A stretch of 63,307 nt of DNA, filler included, from Octopus bimaculoides (Eukaryota), in the NCBI RefSeq assembly GCF_001194135.2. It is 3 parts of 3 records of this genome, joined end to end, with 100 filler letters (N's around TTAATTAATTAA, not from the genome) between each part and the next. Parts side by side here need not be neighbours in the genome. Positions count along the whole stretch, not along the records: positions 1 to 28,965 come from NC_068981.1; 2 more parts are not named here. One strand, given 5' to 3'. Position 1 is the stretch's first letter. Each line of letters opens with the position of its first letter. The position numbers and the translations under genes were made by a program. The notes beneath the pieces were generated by a model. That model did no database searches, had not been told where the DNA came from, and saw only the letters and a list, made by a program, of their open reading frames with translations. This document shows, one piece after another, positions 1 through 13,207 of this stretch.

Positions 1-42
<42 letters not shown>

Positions 43-715
43 CTCTTTTCTTATATATCTATAAGCTCTTTTATTCATGAAACACTGTGTTTTTATCAAA
101 TGATGTTATTTGCAACTAGCTAATCATATTTTCCTAATGTATATATTGTCTGACAGGATCTAATTTAACAACGTGTTATCAACACATGTAATCCAGGGTT
201 TTATTTCTAACATAAATCGCATATTGCAAGCTTAAACTGAAATATCATTTCTATTACGCAACAAGACTAAACATTCGCATACACCTACATACATGCATAT
301 ATATATATATTCATACATACATATATACATACATACATATATACATACAGACTTTCATATATACGTACATACATACATACACCCATTTGTATGGAAGCAT
401 AGGTATGTATGTATACATTTTCCCATTATGGAGACATTGTTCCCCAAATGTTTATGTAATATATGTATAATAAACAATAAGTGTATCTCTCTCTCTCTCT
501 CTCTCTCTCNNNNNNNNNNATATATATATATATTTACATACATATATATACTTACATATATACATATATATGTATATATACATGCATGTATATACATGCA
601 TATATATATGTATGTATGTATATATATATATGCATACATATATATATATATATATGTGTGGGTATGTGTGTGTATGTATATGCACACACATACACACATA
701 TATATATACATTTAT

Positions 716-748
<33 letters not shown>

Positions 749-813
749 GAACGTAGTATATATATATATGTACATATATATGTGTGTGTGTGTATATACA
801 TACATATATGTGT

Positions 814-864
<51 letters not shown>

Positions 865-911
865 GGCGCAGTATATATGTATGTACACACACACATATAT
901 ATAATGTGTAT

Positions 912-953
<42 letters not shown>

Positions 954-1013
954 NNNNNNNNNNNNNNNNNNNNNNNNNNNNNNNNNNNNNNNNNNNNNNN
1001 NNNNNNNNNNNNN

Positions 1014-1073
<60 letters not shown>

Positions 1074-1074
1074 A
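1..1074. repeat. (TA)n/(CA)n/(CT)n/(TG)n microsatellite cluster with N gaps
   Basis: Directly visible dinucleotide runs; the ORFs here are low-complexity YI/CV/HT artefacts. Confidence 0.97.
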
Positions 1075-1509
1075 TGTATTATGTGTATATAATTATACTA
1101 AAGTCAGAAGAGTATACACACAAGTTATTACGAATTGTTATTGATACATTATTTTTCTGCTTTCTTTCAATAAATTTTCATGTTGACAGACATTCTGCTG
1201 TGTGTGTATTACAATTTAGAAAATTTTACTTGTCAATTCATTCGTTATTTACAACCAAACATTCTGAGTTGCAGACAATGGTGAAAACGAAACTGGTGGC
1301 TTTCTATTTAGCGCAAAGCTACAATGTTTTGAGAGCGAGAATTCCATAGATCACCGTAGCAATCTGATACTTTATAGACCCCAGAGGATCAAAATGTACA
1401 ATGGAACCAAAAAAGGTTTGTGCTCAGAACATAGAGAGCCTGAAAAAATATCGCAAGTAATTTTGTGCTACTCTAACGATTCTGTCAGTCCGTCGCTATA
1501 GTGATAATG

Positions 1510-1700
1510 ATCCTTTTTTGTATAGGCACAATGCCTCAAATTATGGGGTAGGGACTAGTCGTTTTCATCGACCCAAGTGTTCAACTTGTGTTTATTTTAT
1601 CGATTCAGAAGTAATAAAAGGCGAAGTCTACCTCGGTGGAATTTGAACTCGGAACGTAAAGCTGGAGGAAATGCCACTAAGGCCTCTCGCTCGGCAGTGA
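1510..1700 (-). mobile_element. tRNA-type SINE, family 2 (GGCAGCGAGCTGGCAGAA head), degenerate copy
   Basis: Reverse complement resembles the copies at 4609 and 16639 (GAGTTCAAATTCC B-box-like motif, ...CTTTT...TCGATAAAATAA). Confidence 0.7.
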
Positions 1701-1707
1701 ATCAGTA

Positions 1708-3360
1708 ATGATGCAGACTGACGACATCTGTCATCCTAATACAGAATCAGCAGATAATAGAGCAAGAAGGAGGAAGTGGACCAGCGAGAAAAATAGGATG
1801 GTAATACAGTGCTACTTAGAAAGTGAACCTAAAAGAAGGGGCTATAGAAAACGGATGTTATCATTTCGGGTAGAGAAGGGTATGTTTAAAGTGATTGAGC
1901 AGAGGTTAGTTGATCAAGTTAATGCTATTAGGAGAAGAAAGTGGATGACGGAATTGGAGGTAGAAGAGATCACAAGAGAACTGGAAAAGAAAGACCAAGC
2001 ACTGGGAAAGACAAACAACAACATAAGAGACACATCTCAAACCAAAGAACATAAAGAAAGAAAAATAATAATAGCGCTACAAATAAAGAAGGGACAACTG
2101 GCACCTACGACTTAAGTGATTTAAGTGAGGAAGATCAGAAGATTTGAGATGAGTTGTAGGAAGAGTAAAGAAGTAAGGAAAAGATTGCCAGCATTAAAAG
2201 ACATCAACAGAAGGAATCTGCTAGAAATGACTGGGAAAGTAGATTCTGTTATCAGGAGGATAGATACTAAAAATATAGAAGATACTAGCTTATTGATCTA
2301 TGCATGAGGTGTAGTAGTCACCAGAAGATTATATATCTCACAGGGAAAGGTTAAAAAAGAGCAAATGTGGAAAAGGAGATTATAAAATTAAGTGAAAACT
2401 GTTAGACAAGATCAGAGTAGAATAGAAACCTGGAAACTGAACAAGTTAGGAGACACAAGATGCAAATCTTCCCTCGAGAAAAGATATTTTTCAAAGAGAA
2501 AGGATTTGGGACAGTAATAGAAGAGCTGAAACAGCGTATCATAGCAGTAGCAGGCAAGCTCTCCAGATATCGGAAAAGAATAGATCAGTATCAACAAACT
2601 AGATTATTTGAGAAGACCAGAGGAGATTTTATAACCAAATAAATCGTGGAGAACGAAGTACTGAAGATGAGAAACCTAATGTAGAGGAAGCTAGAAAGTT
2701 CTGGAGTAATATTTAGGATAAACCAGTGAATCGTAATGGAGATTCAGTATGGTTAAACAAAGTGAGGGAAGAAGTAGTGAGTGAGAAACAGCCAGATCTA
2801 AGATTAACTAATGCATCAATAAGTAAAGTGTTCGGAAAAATGTCGAATTGGAAGGGCACAGGACTAGATTTAGTTCAAGTGTACTGGCTAAAGAAATTCA
2901 GTAGTTTACATAGGAGGCTGATGGAACAACTTCATGATTGCTTTAATGGAAAAACAATACCAGATTGGATGACTAGAGGGAAGAGAATACTAATTTTTAA
3001 GGATAAGAGCAAGGGTAATACAGCTAACAACTATAGACCAATTACTTGCTTACCATTAGTATGGAAGCTGTTAACAGGAATGCTTTCAGAAAACATTTAC
3101 GAGCACCTTGTCAATCAGAATATATTACCAGAAGAACAGAAAGTTTGCAGAAAGAAGGCTAGATGAACGCGTGATCTATTATATAGAGAGAAAGCAGTTC
3201 TCAATGAAGTAAAAGCTAGAAAGAAAAATCTAACAATAGCATGGATAGATTATAGGAAATCCTATGACACGATCTCACACTCATAGATAAGCGAATGTTT
3301 TAGTATTTTTAGCATAGCAGATAACATAAGAGAATTAATTAGCTTTAGCATGAAGAAAGT
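1708..3360 (+). mobile_element. R4/Dong-like non-LTR retrotransposon, 5' half, frameshifted and 3'-truncated
   Basis: N-terminus RKWTSEKNRMVIQCYLESEPKRRGYRKRM...EQRLVDQ; RT motifs NYRPITCLPLVWKLLTG, LPEEQK and AWIDYRKSYD (about 3240-3270); several stops and frameshifts. Confidence 0.85.
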
Positions 3361-4127
3361 GACAACTAGTCACTGATTTATAAATTTGAAAATTACTACA
3401 GCCAGCTGGAAACGATATCTCCTGGGGCTAAATTACAGCAACATTAGTCCTAAACCAGGACTGCCATGTTATGTTGGTAAACAATCTTTACCACAAAGAT
3501 TAGATTATCGTTCTGTGTAACTAACCGGTGAATTTCAATTAATTACCTCTATGTTTTTGCACGCGGCATTCAGTTTATCGAGCAATACATTTCTTATCAA
3601 AGTTCCTACCATTGATCTATTTGAGTTATCTCCCTCAGCTCACTTTATCTTATAAGCTCATTTGTGGAGATACTTAGATGATAAATGATTAATTGATCGA
3701 CTGGTAGCTAATTAAATAGATGTAATATAAGTTAGATTGATGGGTGTGGTTTAAGATGAGAGATAGGCTGCAAAGGTCATATAAATACATGCACACATAT
3801 GTGTGTATGTATGTATGTATGTATGTATGTATGTATGCATGTATGCATGTATGTATGTATGTATGTATGTATGCATGTATACGTATAAACACACATAAAC
3901 ATATATGTATACTTACATACATGCACACATACATTTATACATTTATACATGTGGTAACAGTTTCAGCGTCGAATAAATTATGTTTACATGTTAACATTAA
4001 TACGTTAGTGTAAGCATGATGCTCTGGTGCTCTAATGAGCTAGGTTTCTTCATTTGCGCTCATCTGTCAATATATAATTGTATTGCATAACGCGAAAACG
4101 TACGATATTCCGCACTGAAATTATTTC

Positions 4128-4156
4128 TACATGAAGAGGACTGCAAACCGGTCGTA
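4128..4156 (+). ncRNA. Decayed minimal type I hammerhead-like motif
   Basis: TAC-ATGAAGA-GGACTGC-AAAC-CG-GTC-GTA: stem I TAC/GTA, palindromic ACCGGT and a GUC site; C3 and G12 are missing and stem II is broken. Confidence 0.3.
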
Positions 4157-4386
4157 ATCCTTGGGATATGAAGTGGTTAAATAGATGTATTCACCTCCTC
4201 CTGTCTTTTTATACGCTCCACATGAAATAATTTCATCCACCGATCTTCTGTATTTCAGCTGCATAGTCAGTCGAGTCCGTTAAAGAAGCCTTCTCTAATA
4301 CCCAGGAATATGCGCACCGACGCATGCACGCACGCGCGCACGCACGCACGCACGCATGCACGCACGCACGCACGCACGCACGCATG

Positions 4387-4447
<61 letters not shown>

Positions 4448-4608
4448 TTATAAATCTGTGTCTGTGTGTTTCTGTTTGAATCGTCTTTTAATGTTTATCA
4501 TGGTTACATATTTTGCATAAACTAAGAAATGTATCTTTTTGTATTTTAGCAATCTAATATGACAAGAATCTTGCGTGTTTTATCATCAGTCAATAAATAA
4601 ATAAATAA

Positions 4609-4820
4609 GGCAGCGAGCTGGCAGAGACGTTAGCACGCCGGGCGAAATGCTTAGCGGTATTCCATCTGTCTTTGTGTTCTGAGTTCAAATTCCGCCGAGG
4701 TCGACTTTGCCTTTCATCCTTTCGAGATCGATAAATTAAGTACCAGTTACGTACTGGGGGCGATCTAATCGACTGGACCCCTCCCAAAAATTTCGGGCCT
4801 TGTGCCTTGAACAGAAAAGA
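4609..4820 (+). mobile_element. tRNA-type SINE, family 2, full length, inserted in (AAAT)n
   Basis: GGCAGCGAGCTGGCAGAGACGTTAGCACGCCGGGCG...GAGTTCAAATTCCGCC...AGAAAAGAA, flanked on both sides by AATAAAT repeats. Confidence 0.9.
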
Positions 4821-6240
4821 ATAAATGAATAAATATATAAATAAATGAATAAGCAATAAATAAATAAACAGAACCGTCTCCTGCACAACTTTATCATTTT
4901 TTTCCGGGTTTGTTCATCGATATCTCTTATTCATAATTATTAACACTTATTATGTTTTATTGTTTCTTTCCTAAACGACTTCCTGTATACACAACATCGA
5001 ACCTATTGCAACTGATTATAATCGAATTATATGAACCCAATCCTCTCTTAATTGATGTGAACAGAGTGTTATTACTTGCGATATATGTGCCATTTCAGTT
5101 GCTTTATGCACCATTTTCTTATTATTTTTATTTCTTCTATTTCCCCGCTTCACCGTGAGTAGAGTGTTACGCAGTTTTTGTTAGACAATTTGTATTCGAT
5201 CTAAATATATTGATTATTCTGTGTAAAATAACCATGATTTATTCCGTAGGTTCGAGATTTTAATGATATGATTATTTACTTTTAGAATGACATTGTAGGG
5301 TAGCTATGAGAGGTCGAATCTGGCCAGTATGGACGTAAAACAGGTAGAATGTTTGTACCTCCTGATATGGCTGACTTAACTGCTAAAGTGTTAAAACTGT
5401 TTCAAAACGTTCAAGTCTCAACTCAATTGTTGATAATTTCTTGTTTTTAATCACGATTTACGCAGTTTAATCTTGATTTCTTGATATTTTTTTTTCTAAT
5501 TTACCCCGATTAAAACATTCTTATTTAGAATTTTTTCCATTTTCTTCTAATCTAGTATTGTTGTTTTTGTTGTTGTTTATGGGCTCAATCCAACACTCAT
5601 TAAACAGTTACACTCAAACGGTTCCTCACTATGATGATCTCATAATTTCCTCAATATTTCTATACCCCGAAAGAGATTATCCATTGGTTCTTTTCTTAAA
5701 ACAGGCATCTGTAGCTCTGACCAGCTAATTTCTAACAAATCCATCGATATTTGAAATTTATCCGGTTTGCACAAGATCTTAACTGGTTCGAACTGTTAGA
5801 AACGGGTTTGTTCTTATGTGTAGTGATTTCAACGAGTTATATATTCACGTGTATGTCTTACTAAAACATTTTCTTCTTACAAGTTTCTCTTGAAAAACCA
5901 ATATTTGTGAATCTCATAAGTTCTGAAATAAAAACTAGTAATATTTATAGCATAAATTACAATGAATAAAGACATTCACTCCATAGCAACATTTATAGAT
6001 GACAAGCTTAGCTCATAACATCTCAGTGACGTTCATATTTGTATATAATAAGATTTCCATAATTAACAAACAAGTGTTACATTACTAGAAATTGCATCTG
6101 TGTGTTGTTTCGTCGATATTCTGGAATGTTCTTTGACGATATTATACCTTAATTATAGCAACGATCGCTTAAGATATCAATGAGCTTTAATGTTTATTAT
6201 TATCACTTAAAAGAGAATGTTACATTTAAAACGCTTTGAT

Positions 6241-6290
6241 CTGCTTTGAACTGGTTTGAACTGGTTTTAACTGGTTTACACTGGTTTCAA
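6241..6290. repeat. 10-bp minisatellite, 5 copies (CTGGTTTGAA consensus)
   Basis: ctgctttgaa ctggtttgaa ctggttttaa ctggtttaca ctggtttcaa. Confidence 0.9.
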
Positions 6291-8676
6291 TAAGATTTAC
6301 AAATGTTTCCAGTTTACATAATATTATTTACGATTCCCACGTATTTCTTTTTAATTTTTTAAAACAAATTCATTTGAATTATTACAATATCACTTTCTTC
6401 GTATCAAACCGTTGTATTTAGACATATTCAGAAGATTCCACTGTGGATACCAGCTTTGGTATGTTTTACCCTCGTTTTCTCTTCACCGTCTCATAGTACA
6501 TTGCTTTTTTCTAATCGAGTCCAGGAATAAAATGTTAGAAAAATAAAAAAAAATATATAATTGCAAGACAAGTTACAGTGTAAACACTCAAATATCTCCG
6601 ATAAAACCTTTTATTTATGAGAAACTGAAAAAGAAAAAAAAAAACGAGAAAAGAACGCGATTTTTTTCACATGCGTTAAGTGCCATTATATAAATAGTTC
6701 TGTCAGTTAAAATGCGACTTAAAATATTGTTTGTTTAATTACTTTATGATATTTAAATGAAATGCGAAATTTATTCTTTTTCTGTTTTTTNNNNNNNNNN
6801 NNNNNNNNNNNNNNNNNNNNNNNNNNNNNNNNNNNNNNNNNNNNNNNNNNNNNNNNNNNNNNNNNNNNNNNNNNNNNNNNNNNNNNNNNNNNNNNNNNNN
6901 NNNNNNNNNNNNNNNNNNNNNNNNNNNNNNNNNNNNNNNNNNNNNNNNNNNNNNNNNNNNNNNNNNNNNNNNNNNNNNNNNNNNNNNNNNNNNNNNNNNN
7001 NNNNNNNNNNNNNNNNNNNNNNNNNNNNNNNNNNNNNNNNNNNNNNNNNNNNNNNNNNNNNNNNNNNNNNNNNNNNNNNNNNNNNNNNNNNNNNNNNNNN
7101 NNNNNNNNNNNNNNNNNNNNNNNNNNNNNNNNNNNNNNNNNNNNNNNNNNNNNNNNNNNNNNNNNNNNNNNNNNNNNNNNNNNNNNNNNNNNNNNNNNNN
7201 NNNNNNNNNNNNNNNNNNNNNNNNNNNNNNNNNNNNNNNNNNNNNNNNNNNNNNNNNNNNNNNNNNNNNNNNNNNNNNNNNNNNNNNNNNNNNNNNNNNN
7301 NNNNNNNNNNNNNNNNNNNNNNNNNNNNNNNNNNNNNNNNNNNNNNNNNNNNNNNNNNNNNNNNNNNNNNNNNNNNNNNNNNNNNNNNNNNNNNNNNNNN
7401 NNNNNNNNNNNNNNNNNNNNNNNNNNNNNNNNNNNNNNNNNNNNNNNNNNNNNNNNNNNNNNNNNNNNNNNNNNNNNNNNNNNNNNNNNNNNNNNNNNNN
7501 NNNNNNNNNNNNNNNNNNNNNNNNNNNNNNNNNNNNNNNNNNNAAAAAAAAAAAAAATCATAGAGTGGTAAAATTCCTAGACGTAAAGCTGAAACGTGTA
7601 ACAGATAACAGAACATATAACACATTCTATTTACCAAAACTTCTTGGTCAATCCGACTCTATCGCAAAAGACACTTGCCAAAGGACTGAACCCGAAACCT
7701 CATGATTACGCATCCGGTTTCTTAACCACTCATCCATATTCTTCTTGTGACTTTATTTTCATTGATTCACCTATTTTCGTAAGCAATGCTGTTATTATTT
7801 AGTTGCGAGTCAGGCAACAGGCTTACGATCAAAAGCATTCAGGTGATAACTATCGCATCATTTATTCAGGCACAACGCTTCTAGTAGTACACTATCTGCC
7901 GACTCCTTCTCTTTTTTAAAAGTTAGTTGGGTATACTTAAAGTTGGACGTGGTTGATATTTCTAGCAGACCATGTAGCGACATAGTGCTTCCCTTTTATA
8001 TATTTATAATATATGTACAAGTATATATTATATATGTATATATGTGTATATATATATATGTATATATTTAGTTATATATATACATGCATATGCAAAATAC
8101 TAACATATACATATAGTGGCTAAATTATATAAATACCATTTTGAGCACATTAATTTTATTTTATGCTCAGGGTGCGCCAAAATATTTATATTTCATTCGA
8201 AGTGCGATGCGAGTAAAGTAAAGTTGGGAGAAAACATGGCGTGGAGTATATGTCGATGCCTCATTCTCCGCTTCTATTATTAATAAGGTGGAACGTCGTA
8301 TGTTCAATAAATATATGAAGGCATATGAAGGGATTAATTTTCAATATAGTCTGATCAACTGTTTGCCAGAATTCTGGATAAGCTCTGAAGCAAACACAGA
8401 CTGCACGCTGTATTCTTATTTTCTAAAATCAATAATGAAACAAACTGTTGGTAAATGTTTAATGCCATTCTCTTTATACTCATTTCTCTTTCTTTTTCTT
8501 CCTTCCTTCCTTCCTTGCTCTCTTTCTTTCTTTCTTTCTTTCTTTCTTTCGTTCTCTCTTTCTTTCTCTCCCTCTATNNNNNNNNNNTCTTGAAACTTGG
8601 TTATTTTCCCTAAATCTATATATTTTATATATATATTTATATATACTAGTGCGGACGCACGCACACATACACATAG

Positions 8677-8707
<31 letters not shown>

Positions 8708-8810
8708 CACAGACATTGACACACAAACGCACATGCGTGCTCACACACATAGATATGAGGATATAAAGTTAGATAGATTTATATGTAAATATGTATACAA
8801 TTATGTGCAT

Positions 8811-9240
8811 TGACTACAGCAATAGAGCATCTCAGCTCATATTTCTACCAATGTAGGTGTTTCTGACAACCAAGTCACGCTTAATGACGAGTATAGTTTT
8901 CCTTTTTGGTGAAACATTGTAAATTGCTATCTATATTAATTTTCTGTATACACGTTCACTAAAATATCCATAGATTTCTATCATGAAAACATATACACAG
9001 CCCGGAATCTACCGAAGTCGAGTCATTCCTTACTGATACGGCAACGAAAAATTGCCGAAACTGACCAGTCAGTATAAGGAATTCTTGAACGGTGTTTTCG
9101 GGCCATTATACGCTTTGACTACAGTAGTGGAGGATTTTAGCTCTTATTTCTAGCTATGTAGGTGTTTCTAACACCCTAGTCAAATTTAGTGAGAATCATA
9201 GTTTTCCTTTTTGGTGAAACATTACAAACTACTGTCACGT
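8811..9240 (+). repeat. Diverged direct repeat (8811-8930 vs 9117-9240), period about 305 bp
   Basis: Shared TGACTACAG...CTC(A/T)TATTTCTA...ATGTAGGTGTTTCT...ATAGTTTTCCTTTTTGGTGAAACATT. Confidence 0.85.
9025..9082 (+). ncRNA. Decayed type I hammerhead-like motif
   Basis: Stem II GGCAA/TTGCC, GAAA, stem III ACT/AGT, GUC site, stem I ATTCCT-TACT/AGTA-AGGAAT; the core reads (CT)GATAC instead of CTGATGA. Confidence 0.5.
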
Positions 9241-10056
9241 TAATTGTATAAATATATATATATATATATATANNNNNNNNNNNNNNNNNNNNNNNNNNNN
9301 NNNNNNNNNNNNNNNNNNNNNNNNNNNNNNNNNNNNNNNNNNNNNNNNNNNNNNNNNNNNNNNNNNNNNNNNNNNNNNNNNNNNNNNNNNNNNNNNNNNN
9401 NNNNNNNNNNNNNNNNNNNNNNNNNNNNNNNNNNNNNNNNNNNNNNNNNNNNNNNNNNNNNNNNNNNNNNNNNNNNNNNNNNNNNNNNNNNNNNNNNNNN
9501 NNNNNNNNNNNNNNNNNNNNNNNNNNNNNNNNNNNNNNNNNNNNNNNNNNNNNNNNNNNNNNNNNNNNNNNNNNNNNNNNNNNNNNNNNNNNNNNNNNNN
9601 NNNNNNNNNNNNNNNNNNNNNNNNNNNNNNNNNNNNNNNNNNNNNNNNNNNNNNNNNNNNNNNNNNNNNNNNNNNNNNNNNNNNNNNNNNNNNNNNNNNN
9701 NNNNNNNNNNNNNNNNNNNNNNNNNNNNNNNNNNNNNNNNNNNNNNNNNNNNNNNNNNNNNNNNNNNNNNNNNNNNNNNNNNNNNNNNNNNNNNNNNNNN
9801 NNNNNNNNNNNNNNNNNNNNNNNNNNNNNNNNNNNNNNNNNNNNNNNNNNNNNNNNNNNNNNNNNNNNNNNNNNNNNNNNNNNNNNNNNNNNNNNNNNNN
9901 NNNNNNNNNNNNNNNNNNNNNNNNNNNNNNNNNNNNNNNNNNNNNNNNNNNNNNNNNNNNNNNNNNNNNNNNNNNNNNNNNNNNNNNNNNNNNNNNNNNN
10001 NNNNNNNNNNNNNNNNNNNNNNNNNNNNNNNNNNNNNNNNNNNNNNCGAGAGGAAG

Positions 10057-10087
<31 letters not shown>

Positions 10088-10088
10088 C

Positions 10089-10125
<37 letters not shown>

Positions 10126-10158
10126 AGTGTATGTGTGTGTGTGTGTACATATATAAAT

Positions 10159-10640
10159 TCAAGAAAGTTAGGGGTTGTGAATCCAACCCACTAAGGGATA
10201 ATATCTATTCAATATACTGCTGGAAGAATACCCAATTATTATTACACTAGTGTTTTTTCATTGCATGGCAATTACATTACCAAGTGCAATAAATGGGTGC
10301 AGGTAAAAAGTCATTTTACCATTAATTTGTATAGCAATAAGAAAATGGAGGGGATTAACAGGTGGTATTCATGAACTTGCAGACATTGTATTGTGTCAAT
10401 TTATTTGTTTATTTGTTTACTAAAAGGTCAATAATAACAATATACAAACACATGTGGCATATTATGTCATATCAGTGATTATAAAAATGACATATAGTGA
10501 CAGAAAATGGGATAATATCTTACAGCTGTTTCAGTCTAGAGGTGACATGCCTCATTTTATCTTTATCATTCCAGTAGACTTTTTACATGGACTTTATCGT
10601 AACATTGCTGGTTAAGTCTCTCCATGAGATTTAGAAATGG
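10159..10640 (-). mobile_element. Hammerhead-tail element, copy A (non-coding, PLE pseudo-LTR/retrozyme-like)
   Basis: 10159-10505 is homologous to 30642-30985 (same strand) and 30234-30572 (opposite strand); minus-strand GAAACAGCTGTAAGA at 10518-10532; the 3' end abuts a TA/TG microsatellite. Confidence 0.7.
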
Positions 10641-10753
10641 ATCATTTCTAATCTATATATAGATATATTTTATTATATCCAATGTAGTGTACATATAATT
10701 GTGTGTGTGTGTGTGTATACATGTATATGTGTGTATAAGTGTGTGTGCGCGCA

Positions 10754-10789
<36 letters not shown>

Positions 10790-10872
10790 CACNNNNNNNN
10801 NNNNNNNNNNNNNNNNNNNNNNNNNNNNNNNNNNNNNNNNNNNNNNNNNNNNNNNNNNNNNNNNNNNNNNNN

Positions 10873-10928
<56 letters not shown>

Positions 10929-10934
10929 GTTTGC

Positions 10935-12259
10935 ACTGTGACTAAAGTGTGCATAAATACGTCTTCGACAGAATTCAGTAATTCATTGCACGTGTTTGAT
11001 GAATATAAGTGTAAAAAATGGCAAACACAGGCTTGCACAAAGAGATCTGGCCTGTTCTGCTTCAACAAGTGCTAAACGCCTCCTTTGCTTCCCATCATAA
11101 CATTTGCATTATCACAAGCGTGACCTATCAAATTTTCCAGTATTTTTATAAGTGTAAGAAAATCGTCGACTGTCTTTTGAATTTCAACGTCATAATATCT
11201 GGAAACCAGGACAAGTTGTTTTAGTGTTGAAACATCAGTTGTTTCATTAATAACGAGTGAGAATTTTGATGAATGGAGTTTTTTTTTAATAAAGCAATGA
11301 AGCCGTAGAGGCCAATGGCTTTAAGAAAGATGTATGTGCCTTTCGTTCGGGCACACTTTGCATCTTGGGTGATTTTAGAATCAGGGCAGGCGTTTGCAAC
11401 AAGGCCAGGTAAGTGGTCCAAAATAGAAATTGGGAGATTATGCTCAGCAACAAATGCACAGTATTTTAATTCAGCAGCTGCTACTTTCTTGGAATGTGAA
11501 GAAAACGATGAGGCCTCGAGATAATTGGTCAACTGTTTTGCTTTATTTGCATTCTTGCGGTGTTTTTCTGTCTGCTCATGTTAAATTTGGCTCAAACTAC
11601 CGGCAATTTCACACCTTGCATAATATGCATTTGCCTTTAGCTGTATCGCTCTTGCCTCGCTCCAACCAACTAGAAAATGTTTCATCGCACAAAGGTTTTT
11701 GCGGAAGTTTCCTTTCATACGATGCCCATCTAGCCTTCTTCTTATCTGGTGCTTCACGTTCGTTATCTGAGGAATATTCTGTTTTCAAATTTCTATCACT
11801 CATATCTTGCTCCAGTAATAGTTCTGTAAGATTTATTTGAATTAATCAAATTATTAAACACATTACATACCGTTTAAAATCCGAGTTAAGAAATCTTTGT
11901 TTGTGTTCAGACTGATACAACGAGATTGTATAAAAAAGCACTGTAAAATTGAGTCTAATTTATCAAACCTTTAAAAAAAAAAACATGTACCTTCAGTCTG
12001 TGAGAAAACTTCTTGTGCTATAACAGCTATGGCGTGGTAAACAGGACGTATATACATTCATTCAAAATTATGGACGCCCTTGACCTCATCAGTCAACGCG
12101 TGCGTGCATGCAGATGCGTTTGCGAAAGCAGACCGGACGTACTTTTATTTTTATTAAGCTCACAAACACGCATATGTGAAAAATCAATCAATCAATTTTG
12201 AAAAACCAATAGCAAGATCACTAAAACGTATAGCGTATTCGCCTGAACGTACAGCGCTG
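10935..12259 (-). mobile_element. hAT-superfamily DNA transposon remnant (BED finger plus partial DDE transposase)
   Basis: SWLERG...KGKCILCK (BED-like); AEHNLPISILDHL...PDSKI...KCARTKGT; frameshifted FSLIINETTDVST, GHACDNANVMMG and ACVCHFLHL (CxxH motif); candidate CAG terminus near 12259. Confidence 0.8.
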
Positions 12260-12276
12260 TTATATGTATGTGTGTG

Positions 12277-12318
<42 letters not shown>

Positions 12319-13207
12319 AAGGTCGATAGATAAATAAATATACATATGTACATAAATATAAATATATAAATCTACCTTTCTATAGATAGATAGATAGATA
12401 GACAATGTATGTATATATGTGTGTGTGTCTGTTTGTGTGTGTGTGTGTATGACAGTAACTTCGCAGTTTGAGCTTACTTGCCCTCATCAGATTGCTTTCT
12501 TGACATTATATAGTATTTGGCAAGTTGTTTTTCTTTTGTGCCGGGAGAGCTATGTGAATGATAATTAGGTGCAGTATAGATAGACTGGAGAAATAGTTGT
12601 GTACGGATAGTTGATTAAAGAGGATAAGTGGAAGGATGTGTTTGTAGGGCATGTGTAGATAGAAAGTTGTGGTAAGAATATTCATTTCGGTTTGATATGG
12701 AAATTTTGCTATTTGAGAGTTTTCCTTCCTCTCCATAATTTTCCTCATTTCGAATTCGATAAAAGGTACCGGTTAAGTTTTGGAGCGTTTTAATCGACTA
12801 AGCATCCCATAATTTCGTATCTTGGCCCTGTACTGGAAGCAGTTAGTGTTACTTTCGCGTCGCTTCGTATTGAAAGCGGCGAGCAGGAATAATAGTTAGA
12901 ATGCTTAAGGCTGAGTCCAAATCCCGCTGAATTTAAAATAAGGTATCATTCAAATACTGAGGCTGATGTAATCGACTTGCCTTTTACACAAAATGTGCTG
13001 GCCTTGTGCCAAAATTAGAAAACAATTATTACTGTCATATCGCCAATGATTGCTCCTTTCCATTTGCTTGTGCCCACTTGACAGCATTAAAACAAACCAA
13101 GAGAGCTTTCATTGTCAGTCAATGTGTTCTAATGTAATTGTAACAGAATGGTCTCTGGCCTAAGCAACATATACTGATATTTTAAATTTTTCCTTACTCT
13201 ATACATG

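Noticed and set aside
5165-5394. Possible MITE-like repeat ending TGCTAAAGTGTTAA
   Set aside because: Looks like a recalled octopus repeat, but no partner terminus or second copy in the window supports it.
8288-8470. Plus-strand frame MERRMFNKYM... ending at a GTAAAT donor-like site
   Set aside because: No recognisable homology or clear acceptor; runs into a CT-rich repeat.
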